This document shows positions 1 to 14,766 of a DNA stretch of 64,000 nt, piece after piece. Position 1 is the stretch's first letter; every line of letters begins with the position of its first letter. The translations under genes were made by a program, and so were the position numbers. The DNA is from the human T2T-CHM13v2.0 reference genome, Homo sapiens, in NCBI RefSeq assembly GCF_009914755.1, contig NC_060929.1; one strand, given 5' to 3'. The notes under the pieces were generated by a model. The model had not been told where the DNA came from. It saw only the letters and a list, made by a program, of their open reading frames with translations, and searched no databases.

Positions 1-1135
1 TCATCTCTGTGACTTGTGATGCCAATATTTGCAGTACCTTGCAAAGAAGTTTGCTTAATGCTGAAGTCTTCTCTCTAAAGAATAATCTAAAGACTCCTCC
101 TTAAGATATTCTTATTGGGGTTAATTTATATAATTAGTTATAGTTATTTTTATAACTTCCCAAAGATATGATTTCTCATTTTTATAATAGGAACTAAGAT
201 TTCATATTTTCTTCCCATATTATGCCCTATTCTTTTTTAACATATAAAAATTATAATTTCAAGCTCCACACAACTCAGAGATACTGAAGTAGAAATCAAT
301 GGCTATGTTTTCAGAACCTTTTAAGAAGACCTGTATTTGCTCCTCAGACATATTTGTAGAGATTATATAAGAAAATATTAAGACTATTCAAAATGAGTGA
401 CAATGCTTCTGCATTACAGAATCAAGAGGAAGTTTTGTTTCTGTTTTTTCAGGGGAAGGAATAAACAAATATATCTCTTGCTCCATTAAGAAAAAAAGTA
501 AACCATTTGTGCATTATGTCTCAAATCCTTAGTTCTGGATAAAATCCAACAGATTAACCCTTCTCATTAGTCTCAGCCATCTCAGAGCAACCAAGGGTAT
601 TTTAAAGCAGACACTATGTAATAATAATAATGATAATAATTATCATAATTATAATAACTAACGCTTATTGTGCTTTTTATCTTCAAAGTACCTTACTGAC
701 ATTAACTATGTCTCTATTTTCAAATTAATTTACCTCGACAAATGTTTTATTAACTTTGTAAGCTATGGAATGTGTAGTGACTGAGTTCTCTTTTGCAAAT
801 AAAAAAATAAATGAAAGGAACTAAGGGACAAGGAAAGGGTACCTTAAACTTTTGCCTCAAATCAGCCATTGCCTTTGTTGAATGAGGATTAATGAAATGC
901 TAATTTTTATAAAATATAATATTAACATACAGATCTAAAGTGTGAAGATCACCACTACAACAACACAAATACATACTACCTCAAAAAGATTAGAAAGTAG
1001 CCAAATAATATTGTTTGGATAAAATCAGTCTCTAACTTTACTAGTTATGATTCATTATAAAATATTTAAATATGCATACAAAGTATTAAATATAAGAATT
1101 TTTTAAAATCCTTCTAAGTTTCACTTACGTAATAA

Positions 1136-1454
<319 letters not shown>

Positions 1455-2011
1455 TAAAACCATGTCATTATGTTCCCTTAGAGCTTCATTATGTACCAGT
1501 CTCTATGTGATAAATCTAAACAGGAAAAAAATAGATTTTGATGCTAGCAAACAACATAAGTTCTATAAGATAAATATAAGCAATTATTTTAAAATGTATT
1601 AAAAGAATATCATTTGGCCAAGATGTCCAGCCAATTTCTATGAGGGATTTTGGAAAGAGAATAGTACCCTGATATGGTGTTAAAAAAAGTCCACAAATAG
1701 ACAAACACAAATGTAGAAACATAAAATCAAACATTTGTAAATACGATAATTAACAAGTTGAATCTTTTTAAAACTATGTATTAACATGGTTAGAGTGGTG
1801 AGGATTCGAGGAAGATGTGGTTTGTAAGCAATATTAACAGGTCAGGTTTGGTGTTTCAGGAAAATAAAAATTTTTATATTCAAGGATAAAAATAGATGCA
1901 TTGGCTTGAGTAAAGAGAGAGTAAGGAAATCTGGATAAAGTTGATGGTATGAAGGCAGTAAGAAAGGATGTATGGTAAGATTCGGAGGTAGTCACTCTTT
2001 CAAACAAAATA

Positions 2012-2342
2012 CAGTTATCCCTTGGTATCTTTTGAGGATGGGTTCCAGAATCTCCCATGGATACCAAAATCTGAGACGCATAAATCCCTGATATCAAATG
2101 GAGGAGTATTATCATATAACCTATGCACATCCTCCCATATACTTTAAATCATCTCTAGATTACTTATAATACCTAATAATGTAAATGCTACGTATATAGT
2201 TGTTATACTGTATTATTTAGGGAATATTGACAAATAGACTATACGTGTTGAATTCAGAGAATGGTGTTTTTCCCTGAATATTTTCAATTGGTTGTTGGTT
2301 GAATACATGAATGCAGAACTCACAGATATGGAGGGTTGACTG
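2012..2342 (+). mobile_element. MER2 non-autonomous Tigger (TcMar) DNA transposon
   Basis: Terminal inverted repeats cagttatcccttggtatc ... gatatggagggttgactg, TA to the left, about 330 bp. Confidence 0.85.
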
Positions 2343-2551
2343 TTTATTGACCACAGAGACATAAACAAGCCGTAATTCCTGTCCTTCAACAAACTTACAA
2401 CCTTAAGGAGTAGACAGAGAAGTTATAGGCGAAATTCTAATATTATGATTTGGATAAGCGCAGGTTGCCAAGGGAAATCAGATGAGAGAGCCCAACTTTG
2501 GCATGGGCATTCAAGACTACTTCCTGATGTAATACATCATCTTGAGGGGGT

Positions 2552-2902
2552 TGTATTAGTCCATTTTTACACTGATGATAAAGACATACTCAAGACTGGG
2601 AAGAAAGAGAGGTTTAACTGAACTTACAGTTCCACATGGCTGGGGAGGCCTCAGAATCACGGTGGGAGGTGAAAGGTACTTCTTCCATGGTGGTGGCAAG
2701 AGAAAAATGAAGAAGGGGCTAAAGCGGAACCCCGTGATAAATCCATCAGATCTTGTGAGACTTACTACCACGAGAATAGCACAGGAAAGACTGGCCCCCA
2801 CGATTCAATTGCCTCCTCCTGGCTCCCTCCCACAACACGTGAGAATTCTGGGAGATACAATTCAAGTTGAGATTTAGGTAGGGGCACAGCCAAACTACAT
2901 CA
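2552..2902 (-). mobile_element. THE1A solo LTR (ERVL-MaLR)
   Basis: tgtattagtcc...caaactacatca matches THE1A in reverse; perfect 5-bp TSD ggggt at 2547-2551 and 2903-2907. Confidence 0.92.
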
Positions 2903-5900
2903 GGGGTTTTCCTAGTGAATTAGGAATAGTGAGTGGTACATAAGCATAAGTGAGTGAAGAAAAAGGAATCCGATGCACATTAACATAGAAGATCTGTGGA
3001 ATTACATTCGATTCCAGAAGGGATTAAAAGATTATTAATATTAGAAGGTTTTAAAATATGGGTATCATGAAACTTCGATAGGAAGTTTGCTTGTTCTGCT
3101 CTGTGTTGAAAAATAGTGAGAAAAGAGGAGATCTAGGGGTGTAAACTATTAGGAAACTCTGAGAAGCACTTCAGAGGCAGAAGTGGGAGAATGAGACTGT
3201 GAAAAGTCTAGATGTGGAGAATAAAAAAGAGTACGAATTGAAAAAGGCTTCAAAATGTTCACTTTACATAAAATGAAGATATGTATGTGACTGAAGGAAG
3301 ATAGTGGAAAGGAATGGGGGTTTTAAAAGAGAACATAATAAATTACTTTTTGTATATACATTGACATATATTGAGATGTATAACTTTATTACCCTCACCT
3401 AAATAATTTGCTTGATAAAATGGACATTTCTTATATAACGTATTTGCTCATGGAAATTTTGCTTTTGGTGGACAAGGCACACTTTAATCATATTGCTTGG
3501 TAGATGCAAGAAACACAGGTATACAGAGGAAAAAACAGTGAGATCAAGGTGGATAGACATAGAATCAAGAAAATCAGGTATACAAAATTAATTTTATCAA
3601 AGAATGCATATAGAAATAAATGAATTAATGTATAATAAATAAAATATTCTGGCTGTTTTAGTACTTTCAGCTTAAAAGTTGCTCTTCAAAATACACTTAA
3701 AATAATGACATTCTTATACCTAATGAAATGATTGCTAATTCAGAAATATTTATTTCTCTTGATAAATATTTTCAAGAGATAGCTGAGTCATTCAGTGGAA
3801 AATTGACTTCCAAACCCTCTCATTGTTTCCTCAATATTTAATTGTAACAGCGTGCAGTGCATCTGTAAGGAATGAACGAAAAACAGTTTGTATCTCTCAT
3901 ACCATTTTAGAATAAGTATACGTCCCATAGGGGAATTTTCAAGCTGCTCACACCATAGGTATGTACACTGCTCCATGTGAAATCAAATCAGTATTCTAAA
4001 ATGCTGCCAAGAGGCAGGTCAAGATACTTGGAAAACTCTTAAGATTTAGAGTATATGACACTTTCCAATGATTATTTTACAAACACATTTCTCTACACAT
4101 ACAGAAAGCAGTATTAAATTAAGCTAAGCATTTTACACGATTTAAACACTGCTTTGCATTTTTTAATAAAAGATTTGTCACATGAAGTCAGAGAAGATAC
4201 TCAGTACTTCATAAAGCTACCAAAAAAGAAATGATCTGTTATCAAGCAATATAAATATAAAATAATTTAAACTATAGTTTATTATCTAGAGACACAGATT
4301 GCCCAAGAATTTCAGTCTTTCAAAACTCTGTCTGATCCTTTGTAGAAAGGAAAAAAAGTACACAAGGTAGAAATAATCACCTATAAATAAGTAGTTATAA
4401 TTAAATGTGATAGTTAAATACCATAGAAACACACTAGCACCCTCTTCCAGAAGATGTCTAATACTAAAAAGCGAAAATTAAATAAACTCTTCATGCACAG
4501 AGTAATGAATGCATTGTTCAAAAAAATCTGAATATTTATAACCAAAATAAAACATGGTCTAAAAAACCAGTAATGTTTATATCATTACAAAAATACTTGC
4601 AAATACTTTTCTCGCATTTATATCTTGTTTTTCAAACATAACACAAAGTTCTATGCATGTCATAATAACAAACTGAATTAAAATTGCATAAAAATTGAGA
4701 AATGGCCTGATCACAAATTTTAACTTTAATGTTGACACCCTAATTTAGAAGCTGTATTTTCCTGTGTTAATGAGCCGTGGAACAAATAGAGCCATTCAAC
4801 CTTATAATTCTGCCTCAAAACTCTGTTTCACAGTCTTCATATTTCTCAATTAGTATTTGCTTTAATAGAAAATATTCAACAAATACTTAACACTGTACTT
4901 TTGATATACTATTTCTGAAAAAGTTAAATACTTTTGGATTAAGGATATAGACAAACATCAAATCAGATGACATTGCTAGAAAATATAGACTGTTTCATGT
5001 TAACAAAACGTGTTCTTTTATAAGACACAATGTCCAGTAAAATGAAAATAAGATTTTAAAAACCAGGAGGTAAAAGAATCACAATCAGCAACTGTGTAGA
5101 AGGAAAATAGGATTACATTTATTGGCTACTATATCAACTTAACTTCTCATAAAACCCTCCTGATCTATTAAATAACTTCAGAACTGAAGTATGCTCTCCT
5201 ATGGGAGTTGTAAAACAAATTAGTTACAATTACAATTCAATACAAATGAGAAACCAACCTATTTACCCTTAAGATTTCTCTCATTTTATAGCTTTATCAT
5301 TTAAATTAGATCAGAATTTTCCCTAATGTACCAAGTGGGCCACTTGACATAATAATAAATTTTTCTCGAATGCTTTCTATAGAGAAAAATAGTTGATATG
5401 AGTAAATTCTGGAATTCACCTCCCCAAAGTGAATACAACAAACATCTGTTGCAAGAATTGCTTGGCTTTCAGACAGTATGTAAAGGGTGTTCTTTTTCCT
5501 AGAGTTTTGCTGTTGTTGTTGTTTTTTTAAGCTTGTTTAAAAATACATGTTTTCACTATCAGCTCTCAAGACATAAAATCTTAAAATTCTGGTAAGTTAA
5601 ACCCAGGTCATTACCAGGTATATTACAGAAAGAAAAAATATGTAATGTACAAGACTACACTTGCTTTTGAAAGGGCAAGAAAATAATTGGGCATGTTGCC
5701 CTCTGTCTGTGGGTTACATAGTAATTTTAACCATTGTCTTCATTTCTTAATTCAGTGCTCCACACAAACATAGCAACACTCATAGTAGGGGAGGGGACTA
5801 CATATACAACTTCCTTATGATTTTTATTCTCTTTGGAGTCCCACTGATAATTTGACTTTCTCTTTTGAATTTCACTGGCTTCTCCCCACTTCTAAAGTCA

Positions 5901-7824
5901 ACAGTATCCAGACACACTCATCAACCAATAGTGTGTTTGTACAGTTTCACTCCAGTGACAGGATAAATTATTGCACATTTTCTGCATTAAACATAAAATG
6001 TAATAATTTCAATGGAGTGAGAAGAAGAATCAATAGCCTTTATGACTGATTATCTTTTCTAACTGAATCAAAGTTTAGTGCTTTTTGGTAAGTTGAATGC
6101 ACCTTCCTTGATTCTGACAGATCAGAATTTTGCCTAAAATTCACAAGTATTTTGCAGATTAAAATACCATCTTTTTAGCATTGGTAAATTCCATAAAACA
6201 TACACAAATTAGCAGGTGCAAATGAGTAAGAATGCTTATCAGCAATAGGGCACAGGATGTGCAACACCTTTAGGAAAGAGAGAATAAAAAGACGACCGTT
6301 ATCTAAATACATTTCTAGTAACACATGACTTTGCTCACTTTTCAATCTTCTACTGCCTCTTCTATAATACCAATGCCTGCTCCCAACGATTTTAAAGTTA
6401 TTGTTTACAAAATGTTTAAGATTCAATTCCACAACTCCATTTTTATGCCAACAATAAGGTACTGATTTAATTCTTAAAACATTCCTGAGAGCATTTCAAC
6501 AAGGCATTTTAATACAGTACACAGAGAAACTTCTCTGTCATCAAGAAATGGGAAAAATCTAGGATATATCCTTTTCTTTTTAGGCCAGACCCAAAGTAAG
6601 TATAACCATGTCACTGTGCTTCCATAAACTTCAAGACTTATAATGGAATTAGCCCATGTATCCCATTAAAGCAGTCTAAAGTGTAGACATGCACCTGTAT
6701 GGTATATGTTTATTTAATTATGGGGAAAAATGCTTTACTTAAAGCAGTCCCCATATTGGTATTATGCAAATTCCATTACAAGCAAAAGTTTTGAGAAAAG
6801 TAAATTTAAAATGGATACAAATAAAAAGGAAACTCAAAGCCACATATGCTCCAGTATACACAAGTTTAGAATCATTTTCAGACCATATCTATGACAACGC
6901 TACATTTATAACTATCAGTCTTACTGAAAGATGAATCACAAAAAGAAGGAAAAAGATATTTGCTCTTTACCTAGGAAAGACAGCCAGTCAACACACACAA
7001 GGAATACTCAGAAGCAATTAATTGCTAAAAGCTTCCTTTATTCAATGTGATCATCTTTCATTCCTATGGAGGGTAACCATAAGTCATATGTTAGGTTTAA
7101 AGATACATTACTTTCAATTATATGATGTCTAAGGAAAACAGATACACAGGTTCATAACTTTAAAAGCAGAAAGAAAAAATCTTTTTTCAGATATTGCAAA
7201 TAACTTGAATAAAGTTATCTGAAGTTAAAATGGCACTTATATCTATGTTTTATCAATGTGTATATGTATTATGTATATATTACATACACACATTATACTG
7301 TCTACATGTAGTAGTGTACACATACATATTACCAGATTTTTTAGAATGAATAGCTGAATAACAATGCATTCTCAGCAAACGACCTTATAATCATAAACTA
7401 CCCTTCATTACATACTATTATATCTACTCTATAGGCAGAAAAACTGATGCTGAGAAGTTAAAAGATTTACAAACTAAGGTCTTAAAAGCACATTAGGAGA
7501 CACCATCATTATAATGCTGAAGATCTTCACATTAATGACTTTCTGAATAGATTTTTATTGCTGTTTTTTACTTAATTACTTAATATTATCTATAAGGTAT
7601 TTTTCAAACTCTATTCTTTAAAAGGTGCTACGTACTTAATGCTGAATGAGGCAACTAAAGTGAGACATGAGCTCTGTCTGTTGAATAATGGGTCCTTGCC
7701 TTTCTTTTTTTTAAACTGTGTTTCTAAAATTTGAATAAAAACTCTATTTATATGGTTCTTCTACTTAGGTGTTTAAACTTCAAAGTAAATTATCCAAATT
7801 AATCCTATTAACTTATCATAATAA

Positions 7825-7935
7825 ATTGGATTATTCTCATTTTAGAGGTGAGAAGCCAGGCACAAGAATAGGCTATCTGCCGTGGGTCACACACTAAGTG
7901 TGAGGGAGGTCTGGAGTTAGAACATGTTATGTCCT
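7825..7935 (-). mobile_element. MIR fragment
   Basis: ttattctcattttagaggtgagaa...ggtcacacactaagtg resembles the MIR core. Confidence 0.55.
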
Positions 7936-8784
7936 TGGCTCCTCATTTATTTTTCAGGCTGAAAGGCAAGATTGTTCATATTAATCATCTCATTCCAAAA
8001 TCACTTGAGGAAGCATGCAATTTTCTGAAGGAGAGGGGAAATCATATCCTGAAAGTTACAAGTATAAAGGAATACATCAGGAGTTTTGATTTCACTGTAC
8101 TTACGTTATAATTCACTATAATTTAAGTTTTAAAAACTATTCACATATCTCATTACTGCAGTACCATGAATCACAAGCTCTATTGGCTGAGACTCTATTT
8201 GCCTAGAATTAGTCTCATGCTTTTATAGGAGAGATACAAGCTAAGAAATAAAATTAAATGAGGAAGATAAACATTGGTTCCATGTTAAAATGTATTTGAT
8301 GGCATGGAATTTGCAAGACATCAATTTTCAGCCTAGCAGATTACAGAATAGGATCCATTAATCCTAGTCAACATTGAACACTTCAGAGGAACAAGAACAT
8401 GACACCTGAAGGCGAGTAATGCATGGAAATACTCACGATATGTTCCTAGAAAAGCTGAAGAAGAGAATGAACTAAGTCCACAGGTTAAAACAACATTAAA
8501 TAACCAGGCCTTTAGCCCCTCAAAATAGATGAAAAATATAACCAGAAACATCTTTTAACCATTGCTAAATAGCTAGAAAACTCTGTGCTCTCCAAGTAGG
8601 GTTAGGTATGTAAACAAGTGCTAACAGATTGATATAGGCTTTCTGCTTCCTATGAAAACTAAGGTTTCATGTTGAAAGCAGCATAACCAGCACATTCCTA
8701 ATTACATGCATTTTTCCAGGTTCCAACGTGGCAGCAAAAGTACAAGCAAGGAAGACAAAGAGTTGTCATGCTAATGAGACATAC

Positions 8785-8993
8785 CTCTTGTACTGAGCGA
8801 GCTGCTGGCTTGTCTTGATGATTGGCCAATATTAAAAAGGGTAAAGTGCATAACTGTGGATGCTGAAGAGCTGAGTGCAGCTCATTTCTAGCAGCTTCTA
8901 AATCATCCTCTGAAGAGGCACTGTCTAATACAAATATTACCCCTTGAGATCCTTGGTAGTAGCGGCTCCAGTATTTCCGGATGTTATCAGCCC
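8785..8993 (-). CDS. ARL15: ARL15 internal coding exon (exon 4, 209 nt, phase 1-0): GADNIRKYWSRYYQGSQGVIFVLDSASSEDDLEAARNELHSALQHPQLCTLPFLILANHQDKPAARSVQE
   Basis: Acceptor ttgttttgtttttgacAG|GG; donor CAAGAG|GTatgt. ARF-family switch II (IRxxWxxYY), IFVxDS and a G4-like ANHQD motif; lies inside ORF 8698..9006. Confidence 0.97.
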
Positions 8994-9661
8994 CTGTCAA
9001 AAACAAAACAAATTTTCGTTTTAAAAAGAGCTTTCAGCAACTGAAAAATGTTCCCAACAGTAATTCCTACTGGAAACCAATGTACCTTTTAAAAATTAAG
9101 TGCTAAACTCTGTGGTATGGATTAAAACAGGAATTTAGAAAAGGCAGAAATCACAGTGGATGGGAACAAAGAAGGCAGTAGAGCCAATAGGTAGATTTGG
9201 CCTTGAAGGAAGACACAAAATCCAAGCCATTCTTAATGACTTTTATATAAAAATGTGTGTGAGAGAACCAGGATAAATACTTCCTAGACTTAAACTCAAA
9301 AGGATATTTTCAGACTTTAATCATCTCAAATGAACTACACACTCTCTAAAAATTGAGACTGAACCTGCCTCAGAGAGCTGCATGGCCTAGACATCCACCA
9401 ACGCTTCTTTCCAAACCATTAACATTAGCTTGGTGATACTTTTTTAACAGAACTGCTTGCTGATCAGGACAGCCTTGTTTAATTTCACCTAGGGAGTTAT
9501 TAGCACAATAGCTTTATGTGTCAAAGTGCTAAAGTTTGTGAAAAACTAAAATCATGGCCTTTGATACAATTACATGATTCTGTTTGGCTTCATAACCCAT
9601 GAGGAAAAATAACAGACAACAGGTGTACACTTATGATCTCAATGAGATAAGATGTTTATTA

Positions 9662-10054
<393 letters not shown>

Positions 10055-10584
10055 TCATGTAGTATTCCTCTTTGTATTTCCATTATATAGCACAACATCT
10101 AACTCAAAGTTCAGTACTGGAATAATGAAAATTGAGGGAATGAGGGAGTAAAATTATATACTAATTAAGCTTTACAAATTTGAGACTAGAACAAACTCTA
10201 GAGATGATTTAGTCCAACTCTCTGAGGAAACTGAGGCAGACAGAGGTAAAGTAAGTGATCCCTTGTCATGTATCTAATAAATCACAAAATTGGGATTTGC
10301 ATGAGTTAGCAGACAACCTGCCCAGGGAAGGCATAGGCACTTCCCATTACATCATGGTGACTGTTTTCATCACTTTCATTCAAGAATAGGAGGGGCAATA
10401 TGTGTGCATGTGTAGGAAAGGGGTGCTACTGGTTATATAACGACAATTAGATTTCAAGGAATTTCACCAATTTATTGCATATGATCAAGTCCTAACCAGT
10501 TAATAACTGTATTTCAGTCATCCACTGAACATCTAGCTCCTATGTTTGACATATTGTTATGTGTTAGGGAAACAGTGGGGACTG

Positions 10585-10760
10585 CAGTTGGTGTGCCCTG
10601 GCTGGCAAGGGTCACCTGTTTGCTTCTCTTCCCAACTCTGTGCTCAGTGACATCCTGTTGGTAGCTTGAAATCAATCAGGGTGAAAGCACTGTCACTATG
10701 GAAATCAGCAAATCCTACATATCGAGTCCTTTCATCTCCCAGAGAGCCAACACACCACTG
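10585..10760. mobile_element. MER63-like hAT-Blackjack MITE
   Basis: Inverted termini cagttggtgtgcc ... ccaacacaccactg; internal gtagcttgaaatc typical of MER63. Confidence 0.5.
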
Positions 10761-10919
10761 ATGACACTGAGCAGCTTATATTTTCTGGGAGAAATAGAAA
10801 AGAAAACTCAAAGATTATAATAGAGTACAAGAAAGTGCTGTCATAGAGATACTCATTAGGTCCTCTGGGATCAAGAGATAGGCATTTCATCCAAAGTGGG
10901 GCAATTCTTTTTTAATTTC

Positions 10920-11040
10920 ATTTTTTAAATTTGAGATGGGTTCTCGCTATGTTGCCTAGGCTGGACTCAAGACTCAAGTGATTCTCCTGCATCAGCCTCT
11001 TGGGTAGCTGGGACTAAAGGCACATACCATGGTGCTTGGG
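10920..11040 (-). mobile_element. FLAM free Alu monomer
   Basis: tttgagatgggttctcgctatgttgcctaggctgg...gtagctgggactaaaggcacatacc; a single ~120-bp monomer. Confidence 0.75.
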
Positions 11041-11482
11041 GCGGTGGGGGTAAATTTCTTGAAAGAATAATATCAGTAGCCAAACAGCTCCCATTTATTA
11101 AACACTTCCTATCCTCCAGGTACTAAGTGTTTTAAAAAGAAAAGCTCATACAATTCTTACAACAATCTAAGGAGGGAAGTATAATTGACTAAGGCTTTGA
11201 AACTAATTTTCAGGTCCTAAAATCTGTGATTTCACCATTATACTATACAAAAATAACTAGGTATATATTTAATAAGAGGATCAAGGACATTTGATGTTGA
11301 GTAATGTTAAGTATGTGAAGACATGGGATATGAGCAGGGTTGATGCATATCAAGCAGGGTCCAACTAAGAAAACAAAACAAAAATAAAGAGGAAATTTAA
11401 GCCAGAGATTATTTAATATAGGGAATTCATTACTTAGGTGGTGGTGGAACTAAGGAAACAGCAGGGGTACTGAGATAAGCAA

Positions 11483-11948
11483 CATCTTAGGTCCGGTTCC
11501 CTAGACACAGAGCCTGAGACATCATTTCTTGTACACCCGATTTAGAGGGAGTGCTGTCAGGAGAAACTAGAAGTGAAAGAAGTAAGCTAGAATGGGGGAA
11601 GAAGCTAGGCAAAGATATTGTTTCAGAAATCTAGCCTCAGCTTGATGCGATAAGGAACTCTAAAGCATGGATTGAACCACAGAAGTTGTCTAGTCCAAAG
11701 GCAAGGGAGCTGAGCTATTACACCCTTGTATAGTCATTAGCCATCCCTGGGGAGCAGGAGGGGGTTGGGGCATGATCTCATAATCTCCCAAACATATTTG
11801 GTTGGGGCAATTACTGTCAGCCAAGGGCAGGCCTCGGGAGAAGAGTACAGGTGTGAGTCATTAGCAGCCAATACCCACAGCAGCTGGGAGATGGATGCAC
11901 TGGCCCAGGAAAGGAGATCTGGGTAGGATACCAACAGCATCTGCTACA
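11483..11948 (-). mobile_element. LTR16 (LTR16C-like, ERVL) solo LTR
   Basis: Reverse strand begins TGTAGCAGATGCTGTTGGT...CCAGATC and ends GGGAACCGGACCTAAGA, as in LTR16C. Confidence 0.75.
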
Positions 11949-12014
11949 GGCTACATCCAGACACTATCCATATGCTTGAGAACCATCCATAAGCTGGAGG
12001 GACAAAACTGGAGG

Positions 12015-12280
12015 CAGTGTTACTCGGTGGTAAGTGTTTAAAACAACAAAAATAGTGTGCATGTGTATCTGTACACTAGCTTGTTATAAATTTCACTAAC
12101 ATGAAGGATGTGCAGTGCACAGTTTTCATTGTAAGACTCAATGCAGCATGCTTTATTGTAAATTCCACATAGCCAACTAATGCCCACAGAATGCTTTCAT
12201 TGAGTTTCTATCCACAGCCAACTAATGGCTGCAATTGACAAACTAGTGTAGTTCTGACATGAATGGTGGCTGCTCAAAGT
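12015..12280. mobile_element. Second MER63-like hAT fragment
   Basis: cagtgttactcggtggtaagtgtttaaaacaac resembles the MER63 terminus. Confidence 0.4.
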
Positions 12281-12958
12281 GTTTTACGTATATTAAATCA
12301 CTTACCCATGACAGTCTAATGACTATCATGAGGTAAATACTGTTATCAATCTCATTTTATCAACAAGGAAACCAAAACACAAAACGATTATGTAACTTGC
12401 CCAAGGTTACACACCTAATAAATATATTTAGGTCTAATGTGATTGAAATAGAGATCATGGACTAAAAAGGCAATGAGGCTAAATAAAGAACTATATTACC
12501 ACATAAGCTAGGAGAAAAGAAATGGAACCCTATTGGAACAAAAGGTAAGTTAATGCCCACATACATTAATGGAAATATGTCCAAAAACATTTCCCAACTG
12601 GTTAATTCAATGGATAGTTATTAAGTACCTATTCCATCCATACAAGTCTCTGAGCTAGGACCTAAAGAGATATTTAGAAAGCCATTATTCCTCTTAACTG
12701 AAACCATCAAATCCTGTAAAGTAATACAAATTACAATGAGGCCTGCAAATATAGCAGGCAGAGCAAATACATCCACACATTAGATGGTGTCCAGTGAGTC
12801 AGGTATAAAGAGAATTTGGTTGCATGTTTTACTAGAGCTTGTCCCTTGGAAACACACAGGACACCTGGAAATTCAACTTGTGCAGTCAACTCTTTCAATG
12901 AGAAACTATGTTTTCATTGGCCACATTTAGGAGTACATATGGTACCTGCAAATAGTGA

Positions 12959-12960
<2 letters not shown>

Positions 12961-13008
<48 letters not shown>
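12961..13008. repeat. (CA)24 microsatellite
   Basis: Perfect dinucleotide run. Confidence 0.99.
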
Positions 13009-13011
<3 letters not shown>

Positions 13012-13129
13012 CCAAAGAGAAATACCATAACTTTAAAAAATGTCCCTTATATGACATAATGTATGAATAATATATTAATAGTGAAAAGATCCTTTTCTTT
13101 AATCTCCTGCTACAGTTTCACCCAAGAAT

Positions 13130-14125
13130 TCCCTTAATACGGCAGTAAAAGTTATTATTTTATTAAATTAGCTCTTAAACACACTTTTAAAATATTCTAT
13201 GTGACTAAATGGGAAGTAAGCAAAATACATTTTTGCTACATACCAAAGTAGACAGTTGATTTGACAATAAGCACTTGTACAACTGTTTGAGTTGTAAGCT
13301 ACTTCACACAACTCCATTTTTACTTGAAATTTCAACTGACAAACTATGATTATTCAGATTTGACTGTTTGATAGACATTTTCTCAAAAATAGATGTGCAA
13401 GCTTGTCATTTCAAGGAAAACAAATGATAGTATTTGTTGTCAATGGTAAAATTTGTTTTCAAGCAAAAGCTAGAATTTTAGAAAACTTATTTCTGCTAAG
13501 TTTTAAGTGAGCCTGACAGCTTTTCAGTGATGAGATTGGTGGTGATATTAATAGACAGATATTCATAAAGTAATCTGTAAACATTTGGAAGCTCTACACT
13601 ACTCAGTGAACCAATATTTTCCAAATGACGAATGCATGATGTTACAAAACCATGCATAGATAAAAAAATACATTCAAAGTACAAGAAAGACCAATGCAAG
13701 TTAATTAACTGAGTACAAAAAGTTCCCTGATAAGTTTTCCAGATTCCACACTACAACTGATTAAGAAACAACCACCTGTTGAAGAATTTCAGTATAGTAT
13801 CAAAGAAGACAATCAACAGTTACTTAAAAAGGTTATTAAATCATGCCTCCCTTTTTGAGTTATCTATGTGAGACTAGACTTTCTTCATATACTTCAACCC
13901 AAACAACATATTAACAACAGATTAACTGTAGAAGCAGATATGAGCATCCGGCCCTCTTCTATTAAACCAGATTAAAAAGATTTGCCAATTTTCTCACTAT
14001 TTTTTTGTTTTCAAAATTGTTGATTTTCATTAAAAATGTTATTTATATTAACATGTTATGAGCTTATTATTCTTTTATAAAAATTTTTAACATGGCTTTA
14101 ATTTCTGACATGGCACATATGGATA
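13130..14125 (+). mobile_element. Charlie1-family hAT transposon, decayed transposase fragment
   Basis: Degraded transposase blocks (LLLHTEVRW-like near 13230; LADIFSKMN...LQGKQ...VFVANDKI-like at 13360-13455) with frameshifts. Confidence 0.75.
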
Positions 14126-14766
14126 CTCATTGTCTTTAATGTGAGAAAGAGACATTTAAGATCTACTGAAATTTAGGCATAAATTTAGAGCTAGTTTCTA
14201 GCGGGAATAAAAGTCTTACTTTAAACTATCTTTATTCTAACCTTGGCTGACTCAAGTCCCAAGATAGAAGAGCTGGAGTTGGGAGGGCAATCTCAAAACT
14301 AAGAGGTCTACCCAGGAAGCATCCTAATCTCCTTGGTACCATTATATCGGAATTCTAACCCAGTGATCAGATACTTGAAGGCCTAGAAAGATTACTGAAT
14401 TGTGTGTTGCCCAGGAACTTTAAATGGCATGCCTCCCAGGAGATTCCAAGGTAGGTGGTCCTCAGCCTACATTTTATAAAACAAAGTTCTACGTACCATA
14501 CAAACTGATATGCCAGTTGCCCTCTCCTCACCTTATCCTCCCTCAACACTTATTCTGGATGTCTATGTGACTCCAAACACAATTTTACATCATTATCTTA
14601 GATGTCAATTCCTAACAATTGCATTGAGGACCATGTCTGCATTCTGACATTGGCCCCTCCTTTATGTTCTCACTATGGTTCATGCCTTCATCACCTTCCA
14701 GCTGGATCAGTAGGATGACCTTCCAACGGCTCTTTGCACAGCTCCAGTTAAATTACTCATACTTGT

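Noticed and set aside
2556-2877. Overlapping 81- and 100-aa ORFs
   Set aside because: They lie wholly inside the THE1A LTR.
8698-9006. 102-aa ORF treated as a stand-alone small gene
   Set aside because: It is ARL15 exon 4 plus intronic read-through; homology stops exactly at the AG and GT splice sites.
13130-14125. Domesticated hAT transposase gene
   Set aside because: Multiple stops and frameshifts, and no long plus-strand ORF.
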